A stretch of 63,331 nt of DNA, the filler included, from Basidiobolus ranarum (Eukaryota), in the NCBI GenBank assembly GCA_040143965.1. It is 42 parts of 42 records of this genome, joined end to end, with 100 filler letters (N's around TTAATTAATTAA, not from the genome) between each part and the next. Parts side by side here need not be neighbours in the genome. Positions count along the whole stretch, not along the records: positions 1 to 1,417 come from JASJQH010005247.1; positions 1,518 to 2,933 come from JASJQH010005248.1; positions 3,034 to 4,449 come from JASJQH010005249.1; positions 4,550 to 5,965 come from JASJQH010005250.1; positions 6,066 to 7,481 come from JASJQH010005251.1; positions 7,582 to 8,996 come from JASJQH010005252.1; positions 9,097 to 10,511 come from JASJQH010005253.1; positions 10,612 to 12,026 come from JASJQH010005254.1; 34 more parts are not named here. One strand, written 5' to 3'. Below, one piece after another: positions 1 through 10,820 of the stretch (positions are counted from its first letter, which is position 1; every line of letters starts with the position of its first letter). A program made the position numbers and the translations under genes. The notes under the pieces are model-generated. The model saw only the letters and a program-made list of their open reading frames with translations. It ran no database searches and was not told the origin of the DNA.

Positions 1-56
1 GACCCCCTCTTTTCATCCTTACCCTCCCTTACCCTTACCAGAACATCTATACCCTA

Positions 57-200
57 AGAACAAAACCCCAGTGTTAGTTTTCTGTATTTCCACCAAAATA
101 TATAAATGCTTTATTTCAGGACAATAAATAATTATCTCATAACACTATTCACAACTCCACTTTTCTAAAGTTCCTCCAAACAGCCCATATTTTCCCAATA
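57..200 (+). mobile_element. Copia LTR family A, 3' part, inserted in a CMC transposon
   Basis: Matches the LTRs at 2170-2547, 32132-32509 and 54527-54902; ends CCCAATA. Confidence 0.85.
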
Positions 201-703
201 TTATTCTCATTGTGAATGGTAACAAGAGTCAGCTATTTGCCAAGTGTCAGTGCTATTCAAAGTTTCAGATGTTTAGAATTTTTCTACCATTAGTTTGCTA
301 GTAAAGCATATTGATGTTGTTGAGTTATGTCTGATCAGCCAAGCATGTGTATATAAAGAGACTAAAAACAACCAGATTCTTGTATTTTTTGATTCTTATT
401 GTAGCTGGAATAAAAAATCTAAAATATCTAACCAAAGGCATGCATATTAATTCAAATTCCTATGGCAGTAAATCCAGTAATTTGCATTCAAAAATTACTA
501 GAAATTAAATAACACATGCCAAATATGAGGATCAATACTTTAACATGTATGAATACCATTAGAATACTATCAAGAAGCCACCATCTCACCAGCAAAATCC
601 CTGGTAGAATGCAAGCTACTAATATTGTGATGGTTCTCTGATGGTTTTGCAATCCAGAAGGGTGGATCCAATCTGAATAAAATTGATTTTATTTTTGTTA
701 GGG
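201..703 (+). mobile_element. CMC/EnSpm-like DNA transposon, transposase C-terminus and terminal inverted repeat (691-703)
   Basis: Same sequence as 4550-5160, 29611-30188 and 51942-52800; ends ATTTTTGTTAGGG. Confidence 0.8.
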
Positions 704-1329
704 TGCCCCTTAATACTATGTTTACATCTTCAGAACTGGATTACATTGGTCATCAAGTTAAATATGTATATGATCCAGTTTTATCACAATATCTTAAAAC
801 ATTGATGTTTTGATTGCCACTTTGTTTAGATTAATGTATAAGCTAAGTAAAGTCCACACCACCTGGGGCTTTTCATCCCCCTTAAATGTTTATAACTTAT
901 ATTCTGCGCTTTGTCCCAAACTAGACTAGCTAAGCCTTGAACTGGCTTCCAATGCCATTTGACAAACACCACTTCACCATCAACACATAAGCATCATCAC
1001 TATAACCCATTTTAGATATGATCTATGCAATTATTATGCTATAAAACCATATACTTGCGTGTTATAATAACTCGCAGCATTGTACACATGAACGTTTAGT
1101 ACTACATTTGCAAACTTTAAATTATAACGGGCACTGAACTTAGAACACGTTGGTTAATAATGAACTTTAATCATAGTTGTGTTAACACTACAGTAAAGCC
1201 AGACACGTTGAGAGCTACACTATAATAGTGAATGAAAAATATATATATGTCAAGTATCAGTTTCTAACTTTATTGCTATTTCCGAATATCATAAAATGCA
1301 TAGATGGTGCAGTAATGAGAGGTATGAAA

Positions 1330-1416
1330 TTAACATCTGCGACCAAAGCGATATCTACGGCCACGATGTCTGCGACGGCAACCACAACGACTACAGCCTG
1401 AACTTCCTGACGTGGA
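1330..1416 (-). CDS. Possible 3' end of an Arg/Cys-rich protein (STSGSSGCSRCGCRRRHRGRRYRFGRRC*)
   Basis: Manual translation; CpG-rich non-repeat sequence; AATAAA downstream; reading frame is ambiguous. Confidence 0.4.
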   Translation of the reverse strand, partial: STSGSSGCSRCGCRRRHRGRRYRFGRRC

Positions 1417-1417
1417 G

Positions 1418-1517
1418 NNNNNNNNNNNNNNNNNNNNNNNNNNNNNNNNNNNNNNNNNNNNTTAATTAATTAANNNNNNNNNNNNNNNNNNNNNNNNNNN
1501 NNNNNNNNNNNNNNNNN
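1418..1517. other. Artificial contig linker N44-TTAATTAATTAA-N44 (first of 41; recurs about every 1.5 kb to 61828-61927)
   Basis: Identical 100-nt spacer with six-frame stop motif; flanking contigs decrease in length from 1417 to 1404 bp. Confidence 0.99.
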
Positions 1518-1730
1518 ACCATGTAGTATCTGTTAAGGAAGGCCCCAGAAACATGTGTGCAAAGTTTGAGTCTCCTAGCACAAGTTAGAAAAATCTATAT
1601 ATCTGAGAACTTCCAAGTTGGTAAAAATATTCCAAGTAAATTTCAATTGAGATATATTGATAGTATCTTAGTGAAAATATAAGATAACTAAGTACTAAGC
1701 TATATATGACTATATAGGTGTTTAGGTAAT
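1518..1730 (-). mobile_element. Copia LTR family C fragment
   Basis: Similar to 17619-17870 and 61020-61257 (gttaaggaagg.ccagaaaca.tgtgcaaag). Confidence 0.65.
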
Positions 1731-2169
1731 GCTAAATTAAATGTAAACCTCTTGGATTATATGTCAGTTTATATAAGCATTGATCCTTTCCCCCTGAGGC
1801 TAAATGATTTCCATTTTGATCAGTGATGGTGCATCCTGACCTATCCAAATTGAATTTCAGGCCTTCTGAGGTGGCCTTATATACAGATATTAAGTTCTTG
1901 GTAATATCAGGAGCATGTCGCATATCCTTAAAAGTATACACTTTCTTTACAGAAGCTCCAGTTAAATACACTTAAATTGTTCCCATTCCATTAGCATCCA
2001 ATGTGTGGTCATCTCCATGGTAACCTTTCTCATTAGGATTTCTTTATATTCCACAAACCAATGCTTTTCATTTGCAAAATGTTGGGAGGCTCCAGAATCA
2101 ATATACCACATCTGAGAATCCTTGTTGGTAGTTGTAGATAGAGTAAACATGAGCAAGTGATCTTTTGCT
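1731..2169 (-). mobile_element. Copia pol protease region, frameshifted
   Basis: WYIDSGASQH motif; near-identical to 27400-27830. Confidence 0.9.
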
Positions 2170-2547
2170 TATTGGGAATATATGGGCTGTTTGGAGGAAC
2201 TTTAGAAAAGTGGAGTTGTGAATAGCTCTGTGAGATCATTATTTATTGTCCAGAAATAGAGCATTTATACATTTTGATGGAAATACAGAAAACTAACACT
2301 GGGGTTGTGTTCAGAACATCTGTGGGAGTAAAATGAGCTATCTTTGGGGCAATTTGGACAAGTTTGAAATCTCCAATATGGAATTGCTTATTCTCACATT
2401 ATTCACATATATATATAATAAATGTTCCGATTTTCAGCTAAGTGATATTTGACTAAGTAATGTTAACTAAGTTATATGTGATATATGACATAGTTAGGTG
2501 TAGAAAGATAGAGATAACAAATATAATAAAGACAATAAACTTCAACT
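2170..2547 (-). mobile_element. Copia family A 3' LTR (378 bp) with PPT at 2548-2560
   Basis: Directly follows the RNase H stop and purine tract AGTTGAGTGGGAG; repeated several times in the window. Confidence 0.9.
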
Positions 2548-2558
2548 CTCCCACTCAA

Positions 2559-2905
2559 CTAAATAATCATATATCTTAATCCTAACTTAAATCTTAATTC
2601 TTCAAATTTTGGCTTGGGTAATGGTTTGGTAAGGATGTTAGCAGTCATGTCCTCAGTAGGAGAGTACTCCAGTTGGACGTGCTTATTCTCAATAGCTTCC
2701 CTAACAAAGTGATGTTGAATATCAACGTGCTTACTTCTAGCATGAAATTTAGGATTTTTAGCTAAAGAAATGCAACTTTGATTATCCTTAAAAATTATGG
2801 TGGGTGAACTTTGAAAATGCCCAAGTCTTTGAACAGTTTTCTTAACCACATAGCCTCCTTTGTCATATGTGAAGCTGCCATGTATTCTGCTTCAGTTGTT
2901 GAAAG
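2559..2905 (-). mobile_element. Copia RNase H fragment
   Basis: DNQSCI, FHARSKHVDIQHHFVRE and LSTTEAEYMA motifs. Confidence 0.95.
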
Positions 2906-3189
2906 CACTAACAAAAATAAAATCGATTTGATCNNNNNNNNNNNNNNNNNNNNNNNNNNNNNNNNNNNNNNNNNNNNTTAATTAATTAANNNNNNNNNNN
3001 NNNNNNNNNNNNNNNNNNNNNNNNNNNNNNNNNCCACCAAAATGTATAAATGCTTAATTTCTGGTCAATAAATAATTATCTCACAAAGCTATTCACAACT
3101 CCACTTTTCTAAGGTTCCTCCAAACAGCCCATATTTTCCCAATAATCCCAAGCCAGGAGATCAAATTGAATCAGAAATAGCAATGAATA

Positions 3190-4365
3190 CTATATTAATG
3201 AGTGCTATAGTTGGGCCTATGCCTGCACAGCTCAAATACATGAACCCCAGATGGTAAAAGAGGCCCAGAATGGCCCTCACAGAAAATTTTGGAGATCTGC
3301 AATGGCTGATGATTACCCAGCTTTGATTGCTAATCAAACTGAGACTTGAGCCAACTTACTTGATGATTGAAAATCAATTGGCTGCCAATGGGTGTTTAAT
3401 GTTAAATACAACTCTGATGGCAATATAGAAAGGTACAAGGCTAGACTAGTAACCTAAGGCTATTCCCAAATACCAGGAATGGATTATATAGAAACTTTTG
3501 CTCCTGTAGGAAAGTTGAATTCAATTAGATTGATTTTAGTAATTTCAGATAAATATCAGTTTATTATACATCAAATGGAAGTTAAAACTGCTTTGTTGAA
3601 TAGTGAGCTTGCTGAGGAAATCAATATGAGCCAGCAAGATGGATTTGTGGACCCAGAAGACCCTAAAAGAGTTTGCAGACTCTGGAAAATACTCTATGGA
3701 TAAAAACAATCCCCAAGAGCTTGGAATAGCAAGATAGATCCTTTGTTGGAAACACTGAAATTCCAAAAGAGTAATGCTGACTATAGAATCTACTTCAGGC
3801 CAGATAAGACAAGCCCCATTTGATTAGACTTATATGAAGATGACCTTATCATAGCAACCAATGACTTGCAGACTTTGGAAAAAAACAAATACAGCCTATC
3901 AGCCTAATTCAAAATGACTGATCTTGGTGAGCTGACATACTATGTGGGAATCCAAATTAAGATAGATAGAATGACCAAAACAATAGCTTTAAACCAGTCT
4001 AAGTATATGCAAGATATATTAAAGAAGTTTAAAATGAAGGAATGTAGTCTAGTATCTACCCCAGTGGAGACAAATGTTAACTTGACCAAAAATAGCTCAA
4101 ATCAGACATTTTTGGATTCAAATGAAAGCCAGAAATTTCCTTATATATCCATGTTTGGTAGTTTGATGTATATCATGGTTGGAATATGGCTAGATATTGC
4201 AAATTCAGTGGAAGTTATGTGTCAATATCTTCAAAATTATGGATCTGATCAAATTATGGCAGTTAAGTGGATTTTCAGATATCTGAAAGGTACTGTGGAT
4301 CTATCTTAAAATACACATATTCTGGATCAAACTTTGATCTGATGGGATATTCAGATTATTACTGA
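3190..4365 (+). mobile_element. Copia reverse transcriptase, decayed (family A LTR end at 3034-3144)
   Basis: YKARLV, DYIETFAPV and MTDLGELTYYVGIQI motifs with stops. Confidence 0.95.
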
Positions 4366-4549
4366 GCTTGAAGAAGTCACAACAGCCAAACACAAACCTC
4401 ATGGTAGACAATATGCTCTAACACATTCTGCCAGGCAACAGAGGTCACANNNNNNNNNNNNNNNNNNNNNNNNNNNNNNNNNNNNNNNNNNNNTTAATTA
4501 ATTAANNNNNNNNNNNNNNNNNNNNNNNNNNNNNNNNNNNNNNNNNNNN

Positions 4550-5965
4550 CCGGATTGGATCCACCCTCCAAAATAGCAAAACCATCAGAGAACCATCACA
4601 ATATTTGTGGCTTGCATTCTGACAGGGATTTTGATTTTGTGATGGCAGTTTCTTGATGGTATTTTGATGGTATTCATACATGTTCAAAAATTGATCCTCA
4701 AATTTGGCATGCATTATTCAATATCTGGAAATTTTTGCAAAAATATAATTTTCAAATGGCAAATTGCTGGGTTTACTGCTGTAGGAATTTGAATCCATAT
4801 ATATGCCTTCATTTGTATATTTTAGGATTTGTATTCCAGCCATAATGAAAATCAAAAAAAAAGAAAGAATCTTGTTTTGTTTAGTCTCTACATTTGCACA
4901 TACTTGACTGATCAGACATAACTCAACTACAACAATATGCTTTACCAGCAAACTAATGGTAGAAAATTGCTAAACATCTGAAATTTTGAATAGCATAGAC
5001 ACTTAGCAAATAGCTGACTCTTGTTACAGTTCAGAATGAAAATAAGCTCTTTGATTTTGGCAAATTTCTGAAAAGAATTCAGCCAATATATCCCCAACTT
5101 GCAGTCAACAAATGTTCTGCCACAAGTAAATGTGTCATTGCTAGAATAGATTACCACATGGCTACAACAATAATACTACATATCTTGATCTATCTCATCA
5201 AAAGTCTGTCTTGCAGCTTTCCTACAAATACTGTCAGATTATCCCACAAACAAATTAGTTCAATTATAGAGGTACTTACTCTGTGTCCATGGATTGGGCT
5301 TTGTTGCTGTTATTGTGCTCAAATGATGCAAAAACCTGTGTGCTCATTGAAAAGAGCCCTTTGTTGGCCGGTTAATGTTGTCCAGCATATCCTTAACCCA
5401 TTGCATTACATCCATCACTGATTTTGCAGATACATTGTTGATCAGATTAGCATATAGTAATACAGACAATTTCACACAGAGCTTCATTTCACCATAGGTG
5501 TGCTCTATTGGGAACTCCCAGAATGTATAGCAAGGGCCTATAATCTCAAAGAATTGTGAAAGATGAAGCAGGGAATTTATTGAATACTGGCATAGATTCA
5601 GTCTATCTTCTTTAAATCTGTAATAAAGTTTTTGATATCCAATTACAAAATCTTTGCACAGTTGCTGTATCTGCCTGGGATCTGCCAATGTGAGTTGATG
5701 CTGCAAGAATAAATTAACAATCTCCACAAACAACTCCCAATGTTGCCAATATTTATCAGGCCAAATTTTTTTCAAAATTCCACTTCAATGTATACAAATC
5801 CAAGACTTCCAGTCTTTGCATTTGAACAAACACCTAGATGAGTGGATACTGATGGGAGTCCTGATAAAATATGATGGTATTTTGCTGTTTTCAAGCATTT
5901 TTTGAATTGACTCAAACTTTGATCTTATCTTGAATTTCTCATTCATATTGAATTTTCCACTATAT
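4550..5965 (-). mobile_element. CMC/EnSpm-like transposase, C-terminal half, decayed
   Basis: SLLHLSQFFEIIGPCYTFWEFPIEHTYGEM resembles the HxxxHL...GP...W.F.MER block of Transposase_21/CACTA proteins. Confidence 0.85.
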
Positions 5966-6065
5966 NNNNNNNNNNNNNNNNNNNNNNNNNNNNNNNNNNN
6001 NNNNNNNNNTTAATTAATTAANNNNNNNNNNNNNNNNNNNNNNNNNNNNNNNNNNNNNNNNNNNN

Positions 6066-7481
6066 TTCAAAAATTATGATGGGTGAACTTTGAATAATGC
6101 CCAAGTCTTTGAACAGTTTCCTTAACCACATAGCCTCCTTTGTTGTATGTGATGCTGCCATGTATTCTGCTTCAGTTGTTCTAAGTGCTACAGTGGGTTT
6201 TTTCTTGCTATTCCATGATATGGCTGCTTCACTATAGAGAGCAATATATCCAGTGATAGATCTTCTGTCCTCAATATTGTGTCCCCAATCTGCATCACTA
6301 AACCCAATTAGAAACTTACTCTCATAAGAATATATGTATACTAATCCCAGATTAATTTTCCCCTCCAAATATCTGAAAATCTGCTCAGGCTGGGTTGAGG
6401 AGACTGAAGGTAAAGAGTTTTCAATGTTTTTCTCATTGATCGGGATCTGGTGAGAGAAAGAAGAATTTTCATCAATGTTTGGTTGTTTTCCTTGATCCTG
6501 GATTGTTTTCATTGAAAATTGCTCTTCTTCAGCAAATTCAATGTTGAGTGACTTGATTAGCCTCTTATTTCCAGTGTCATATAGTCTGTACCCTTTTGTT
6601 CCATCACAATATCCCAGAAAAAGATATTTCTGGCTTTTTTGGCCTAATTTTACTCTCTTCTGGTCTGGAATCATTGCATATGTAGTACTTCCAAAAAGTC
6701 CAAGATTAGCCACATCAGGTTTACTTCTAAACCAAGCTTGATAAGGTGTCCTAGCCAATAGAGATGTTGAAGGACATCTACTGCTAATATATACTGCAGT
6801 AGCAACCAATTCAGCCCAGAACTGTTTTGGTAAATCTTGATCATGAAGCGTGTATCTTGCCTTTTCCATTATTGATCTGTTTGCATGTTCTGCTACTCCA
6901 ATCTGCTGTGAGGAATATGGCACTGTAGTCTGCTGTTTTATCCCATGTGTTGAGCAGAAGCTAGAGAAGAGTTTTGAGGTATATTCACCTCCATTTTTAG
7001 TATAGATAAGCTTAATCATTAGAGCTGTTTCAGTCCCCACCATTGCTTTGAATTTCCTGAAGGTATCAAAGGCTCCATCCATACTGGCCAGAAAGTACAC
7101 CCAAGTATACTTTGTCATATCACCAACAAAGGTCACAGAATAACTTTCTCCACCTAAGGATTTTGTCTGCATTGGGCTACACTGCTCTGAGTATATCAGG
7201 CCCAATTTTTGATTAATATGGCTCAATCCAGAGCCCACAAACAGCTGTCTGTATGGCATACCATATAGGCAAACTTCACACTGCTCCAGAACCAGTTGAA
7301 TTACAAAAGGTAGCCCCAAAACCATCTTGTTTATGATTAAATTTCTCATATTTTCAGCTCCTAGATGACCCAATCTCCTCTGCCAGATTTTCCAGTCTAT
7401 CTCTTCAGCTGTGGCAGTTATAACTTGTTCATGGATTGGGCTAATATATTGAAGTTTATACAAGTTATTTTGCTTAGCTCC
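6066..7481 (-). mobile_element. Copia integrase fused in frame to RNase H (RT deleted)
   Basis: WQRRLGHLG zinc finger, integrase core, then GFSDADWG...TTEAEYMA. Confidence 0.95.
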
Positions 7482-7636
7482 NNNNNNNNNNNNNNNNNNN
7501 NNNNNNNNNNNNNNNNNNNNNNNNNTTAATTAATTAANNNNNNNNNNNNNNNNNNNNNNNNNNNNNNNNNNNNNNNNNNNNCGGGCCGATTCACCCCCTC
7601 AGTAGGCAAGGGGGGGGAGAGCGGAGTAAGTCTGAT

Positions 7637-7709
7637 TGGAGACAAGGGGACTCGAACCCCTACAAGCATGCTTGCAAAGCATGTGCACTACCAGTTATGC
7701 TATGTCCCC
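7637..7709 (-). tRNA. trnA: tRNA-Ala(UGC), probably mitochondrial
   Basis: 73-nt cloverleaf; acceptor GGGGACA/TGTCTCC-A with G3:U70; anticodon stem CATGC/GCATG, loop TTTGCAA; T-loop TTCGAGT. Confidence 0.93.
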
Positions 7710-7747
7710 CTTTGGGGCTATTCCCCCCCCCACCCGAAGGGCCCCCC

Positions 7748-7783
<36 letters not shown>

Positions 7784-8385
7784 CGGGGGGGGGGCCGGGG
7801 GGGTGGCGGGGGGGGGGGGGGGGGGGGCCTTTAAGGGGCCCCCCGGGGGCCCCCTATGACAAGGGGGGGCGGGGGGAGGCATTCTAAATCTCGCCCAAAC
7901 CCCCCCCCCTTCGAAGCCGAAGGATCAGCCCCCCCCCCATCCTTTGGACCCCTCCTCGACCCTCCACCCTTATGGGTGGCCCCCCCCCATCTGACGGCTG
8001 GGGGGGGGGGGTGGGGGGGCCCCCCCCCCCCCGCCGGGGGGGGGGGGGGGGGGGTAGGGGGTATGCGGAGCCCAACCTGTCTTTGATCGGCCCTTCGCCA
8101 ATGGCGAAGGGCGATATCGGTAGAGTCAGATTATACCCCGATGCGAACCCTGCCTCCCCCCTAGCCCCCTCACCCACCTCGTCCCCCTTCCCGAACGCCC
8201 TTTGGGGGCCAATTAAGGCCCCCCCCCCGAATAAGGAATCCGGGGGGGATCAAAATTGGCCACCCCGCCCCCCCCCCTCCTCCCCGCTTCCCCCCCCCGG
8301 CCAACTGGCCAGTTCCCACCATCGATAGTGACTCCGCTATAGCCTGAAAGGATCAAAGGGGGGGGGGGAAGCCAATTAACGCATT
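7710..8385. repeat. GC-rich palindromic/homopolymer spacer (GC clusters or double-hairpin-like elements)
   Basis: Run of about 33 C at 7750-7782, G runs of about 20 nt, hairpin GCCCTTCGCC-AAT-GGCGAAGGGC near 8090-8112. Confidence 0.75.
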
Positions 8386-8458
8386 TAAGGAGGGGAAGAC
8401 TTGAACTTCCACAAGGACCGTTATGAGCGGTATGCTCTGCCAATTGAGCTACCTCCTC
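8386..8458 (-). tRNA. trnM: tRNA with CAU anticodon (elongator Met or modified Ile), probably mitochondrial
   Basis: Acceptor GAGGAGG/CCTCCTT-A; loop CTCATAA; lacks the three G-C pairs of initiator tRNAs. Confidence 0.88.
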
Positions 8459-8779
8459 TTTTGCCCCAAAGGACCGGTATTCCCCCTTCCGAAGGCCCCC
8501 CCCCCGGGGGGAGGGGGGGGGTTGGGGGGGGGGGGCGGGTAAAGAGGGAATCCCGCCAATATATTGGCTTGGCAAAGTATTACAATATCGCCAAGATGCG
8601 AACCCTCTCCATCGGCGATATACGGTCCCTTCGGCCAATGCAGAGCCGGCAACCACCCCCGGGGGCCCGTGGCGGGCCTCCAAAGCACGCCCGATGCGAA
8701 GCCCCCGGGGAACCCCTTTCGACACTGGTCTCGCCCCCGTGCTTCGGCTCGATACTGGTCTCGGGGGGGGGGAAGTGAT

Positions 8780-8861
8780 TGAGAAGCAAGGGATTTGAAC
8801 CCTTAACGCCCGTAGGCACCTTTTTTACAGAAAGGCCGCAATACCAATTTGCATACTTCTC
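8780..8861 (-). tRNA. trnY: tRNA-Tyr(GUA) with long variable arm (organellar/bacterial type)
   Basis: Anticodon stem CCTTT/AAAGG, loop CTGTAAA; variable arm TGCCTACGGGCG; T arm AAGGG-TTCAAAT-CCCTT; no intron. Confidence 0.88.
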
Positions 8862-9097
8862 CGCTGGTTGGGCTTCGCATTAACAGGGGCGCTTCCCCCG
8901 CTTGGCCAGATTGCCCCGCCCAGAAGAGTGCATTGCCGCGAACCCAGGGGAGGAGCGAAGCAGGGGGGGGTTGATGTAGCACCCCTTCGGGGGGGANNNN
9001 NNNNNNNNNNNNNNNNNNNNNNNNNNNNNNNNNNNNNNNNTTAATTAATTAANNNNNNNNNNNNNNNNNNNNNNNNNNNNNNNNNNNNNNNNNNNNA

Positions 9098-9271
9098 AAG
9101 AAATATGGTCGAGGTGGAGGTGGCGGCGATTACGATGATGAATATGATGGATACAGCAATGGCGAAGACTACAAGCATGGGAGAGGCAAGAATTATGGTG
9201 GTGGTGGTGGTGGTAGTGATGATGATGACTATGATGGAAAAAAATACGGTGGTAGTCATGGCAAGTATTAG
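9098..9271 (+). CDS. 3' end of a Gly/Tyr/Asp/Lys-rich low-complexity protein
   Basis: Open frame KKYGRGGGGGDYDDEYDGYSNGEDYKHGRGKNYGGGGGGSDDDDYDGKKYGGSHGKY*; AATAAA about 45 nt downstream; not in the ORF track. Confidence 0.75.
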   Translation, partial: KKYGRGGGGGDYDDEYDGYSNGEDYKHGRGKNYGGGGGGSDDDDYDGKKYGGSHGKY

Positions 9272-10223
9272 ATTAAATATTACCTCTTAGATACCCACAG
9301 CCAACGTTATTTTTAGAATAAATCTCTTTCTATTAGAGGTCTTTCCTGAATCTTCGAAAATAATATTAGACAGTAGTTTATATGGTTGGAAGAGCCTTAA
9401 TAGAAGCAGAGCAAGTCGCAATATTCAAAACTTGAAGTTGAAATTGTTGACTGAAGTCGACCACCAATGTTGTTGATGGAAGTACGATACTACCTCAAAG
9501 CAAACTCACAAGTAGAAGGTTTATAAGTATTCATCAGCTGGACACAACTAGAGAATGAGACCAATTGATAGACAATCTGACTTCCAATAGTACTTTTTAA
9601 TTAGTTTGGAATACATGCGATGGTGGTGACTTAGCTCAACATGACTTTATGAGGAGTGGCGAAATGCTTCGCGTGGTTAATATTCAGACTAAGTATAATC
9701 CATCTATAACCTGAATTTAATAGGGAACATGACAAGTACAATCTTATGAAATGCATAAATGTTGGTTGAAGTACTTTTAAATTTTGAGGTGCCCCCGTAT
9801 GCTGGTGTATCCACATGCTCTCAGAACATCCACGTCTGATGATTGAATTGATCGGTCAGCGTATCAACTGTCATGGTTCAGAACGTTTCCATATGCATGG
9901 TCATTATTGACTGTAAAATTAGTGCTCGTCACTCCAAACTACTGTTGATATGCATTCAGTTATACATTCAAACCATTACGCCACTGGATAGAAAAGACTG
10001 CGCATTTACAATGGATTTCTCAGTTACTAACTCTTCACGCTCTTGGTCCAATATTTAGTTTCATTTAGGGTTACGGCTCGTTCAGTTACAGCATCAATCA
10101 TTTGTCCAGTGAGAGCTATCAAATTAGTACTTTACTAAAAAAACTTCAAACGCCCAATGTTGCCTATTACGAACTGTTAGCCAGTTCCTCACAAATACGA
10201 ATCAAGATCCAATGATCTTGGGA

Positions 10224-10511
10224 TCAACGAGTTGTGTAACCACCATTGGCAAAAATCGTTTGGCTAGTGGTCCAACCCTCGATCGCCAGAAATTTGATAA
10301 GTGGAGCGATATCATTAATCTTGGTTAGCTCGCCATTTATACTGTTGTTGGCCTTACTATAGGTAATAGAATCAGGATTTTCTTCACGGTAAGAGAGTGG
10401 AGTATCCATGGGCCTTGGAGCGATATTGGTTACGGAGATTCTACGACTCCCAAATTCTGTTGCGGCCGCACAAGTGAATTCCTACATCGGGGCCGTGGAG
10501 CCAGCATAGAT
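10224..10511 (-). pseudogene. Short-chain dehydrogenase/reductase C-terminus, disabled
   Basis: IYAGSTAPM*EFTCAAATEFGSRRISVTNIAPRPMDTP...QTIFANGGYTTR; catalytic YxxxK lysine lost and an in-frame TAG. Confidence 0.8.
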
Positions 10512-10611
10512 NNNNNNNNNNNNNNNNNNNNNNNNNNNNNNNNNNNNNNNNNNNNTTAATTAATTAANNNNNNNNNNNNNNNNNNNNNNNNNNNNNNNNN
10601 NNNNNNNNNNN

Positions 10612-10820
10612 TAGACTTAAGACACTATGAATAAAGCTTTCATTATCTTTTGAATGTGCAATAATGTCTAAAAGTACTTTTCTTAAACATACCACATAAG
10701 TAAAATAAACTGTTTCCAAAATAGTAAATAACATCGTGCCGGATAGTGCCAAATCATGCCAATTTGTGCTGGCACACTTTTTAGCTGGCCTGATCTGGCT
10801 CAATAAAATGGAACAAGTGT
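10612..10820. mobile_element. Tourist/PIF-like non-autonomous element end
   Basis: Ends ATGGAACAAGT; reverse complement of 49573-49790. Confidence 0.75.

Noticed and set aside
6066-7463. Long integrase-RNase H fusion ORF as a domesticated gene
   Set aside because: Catalytic Asp positions are altered (SEQC, TKNG) and the sequence is CpG-depleted like other dead copies; an in-frame deletion explains it.
7636-8819. Pro/Gly-rich ORFs in the ORF track
   Set aside because: They are translations of poly-C/poly-G runs and overlap tRNA genes.
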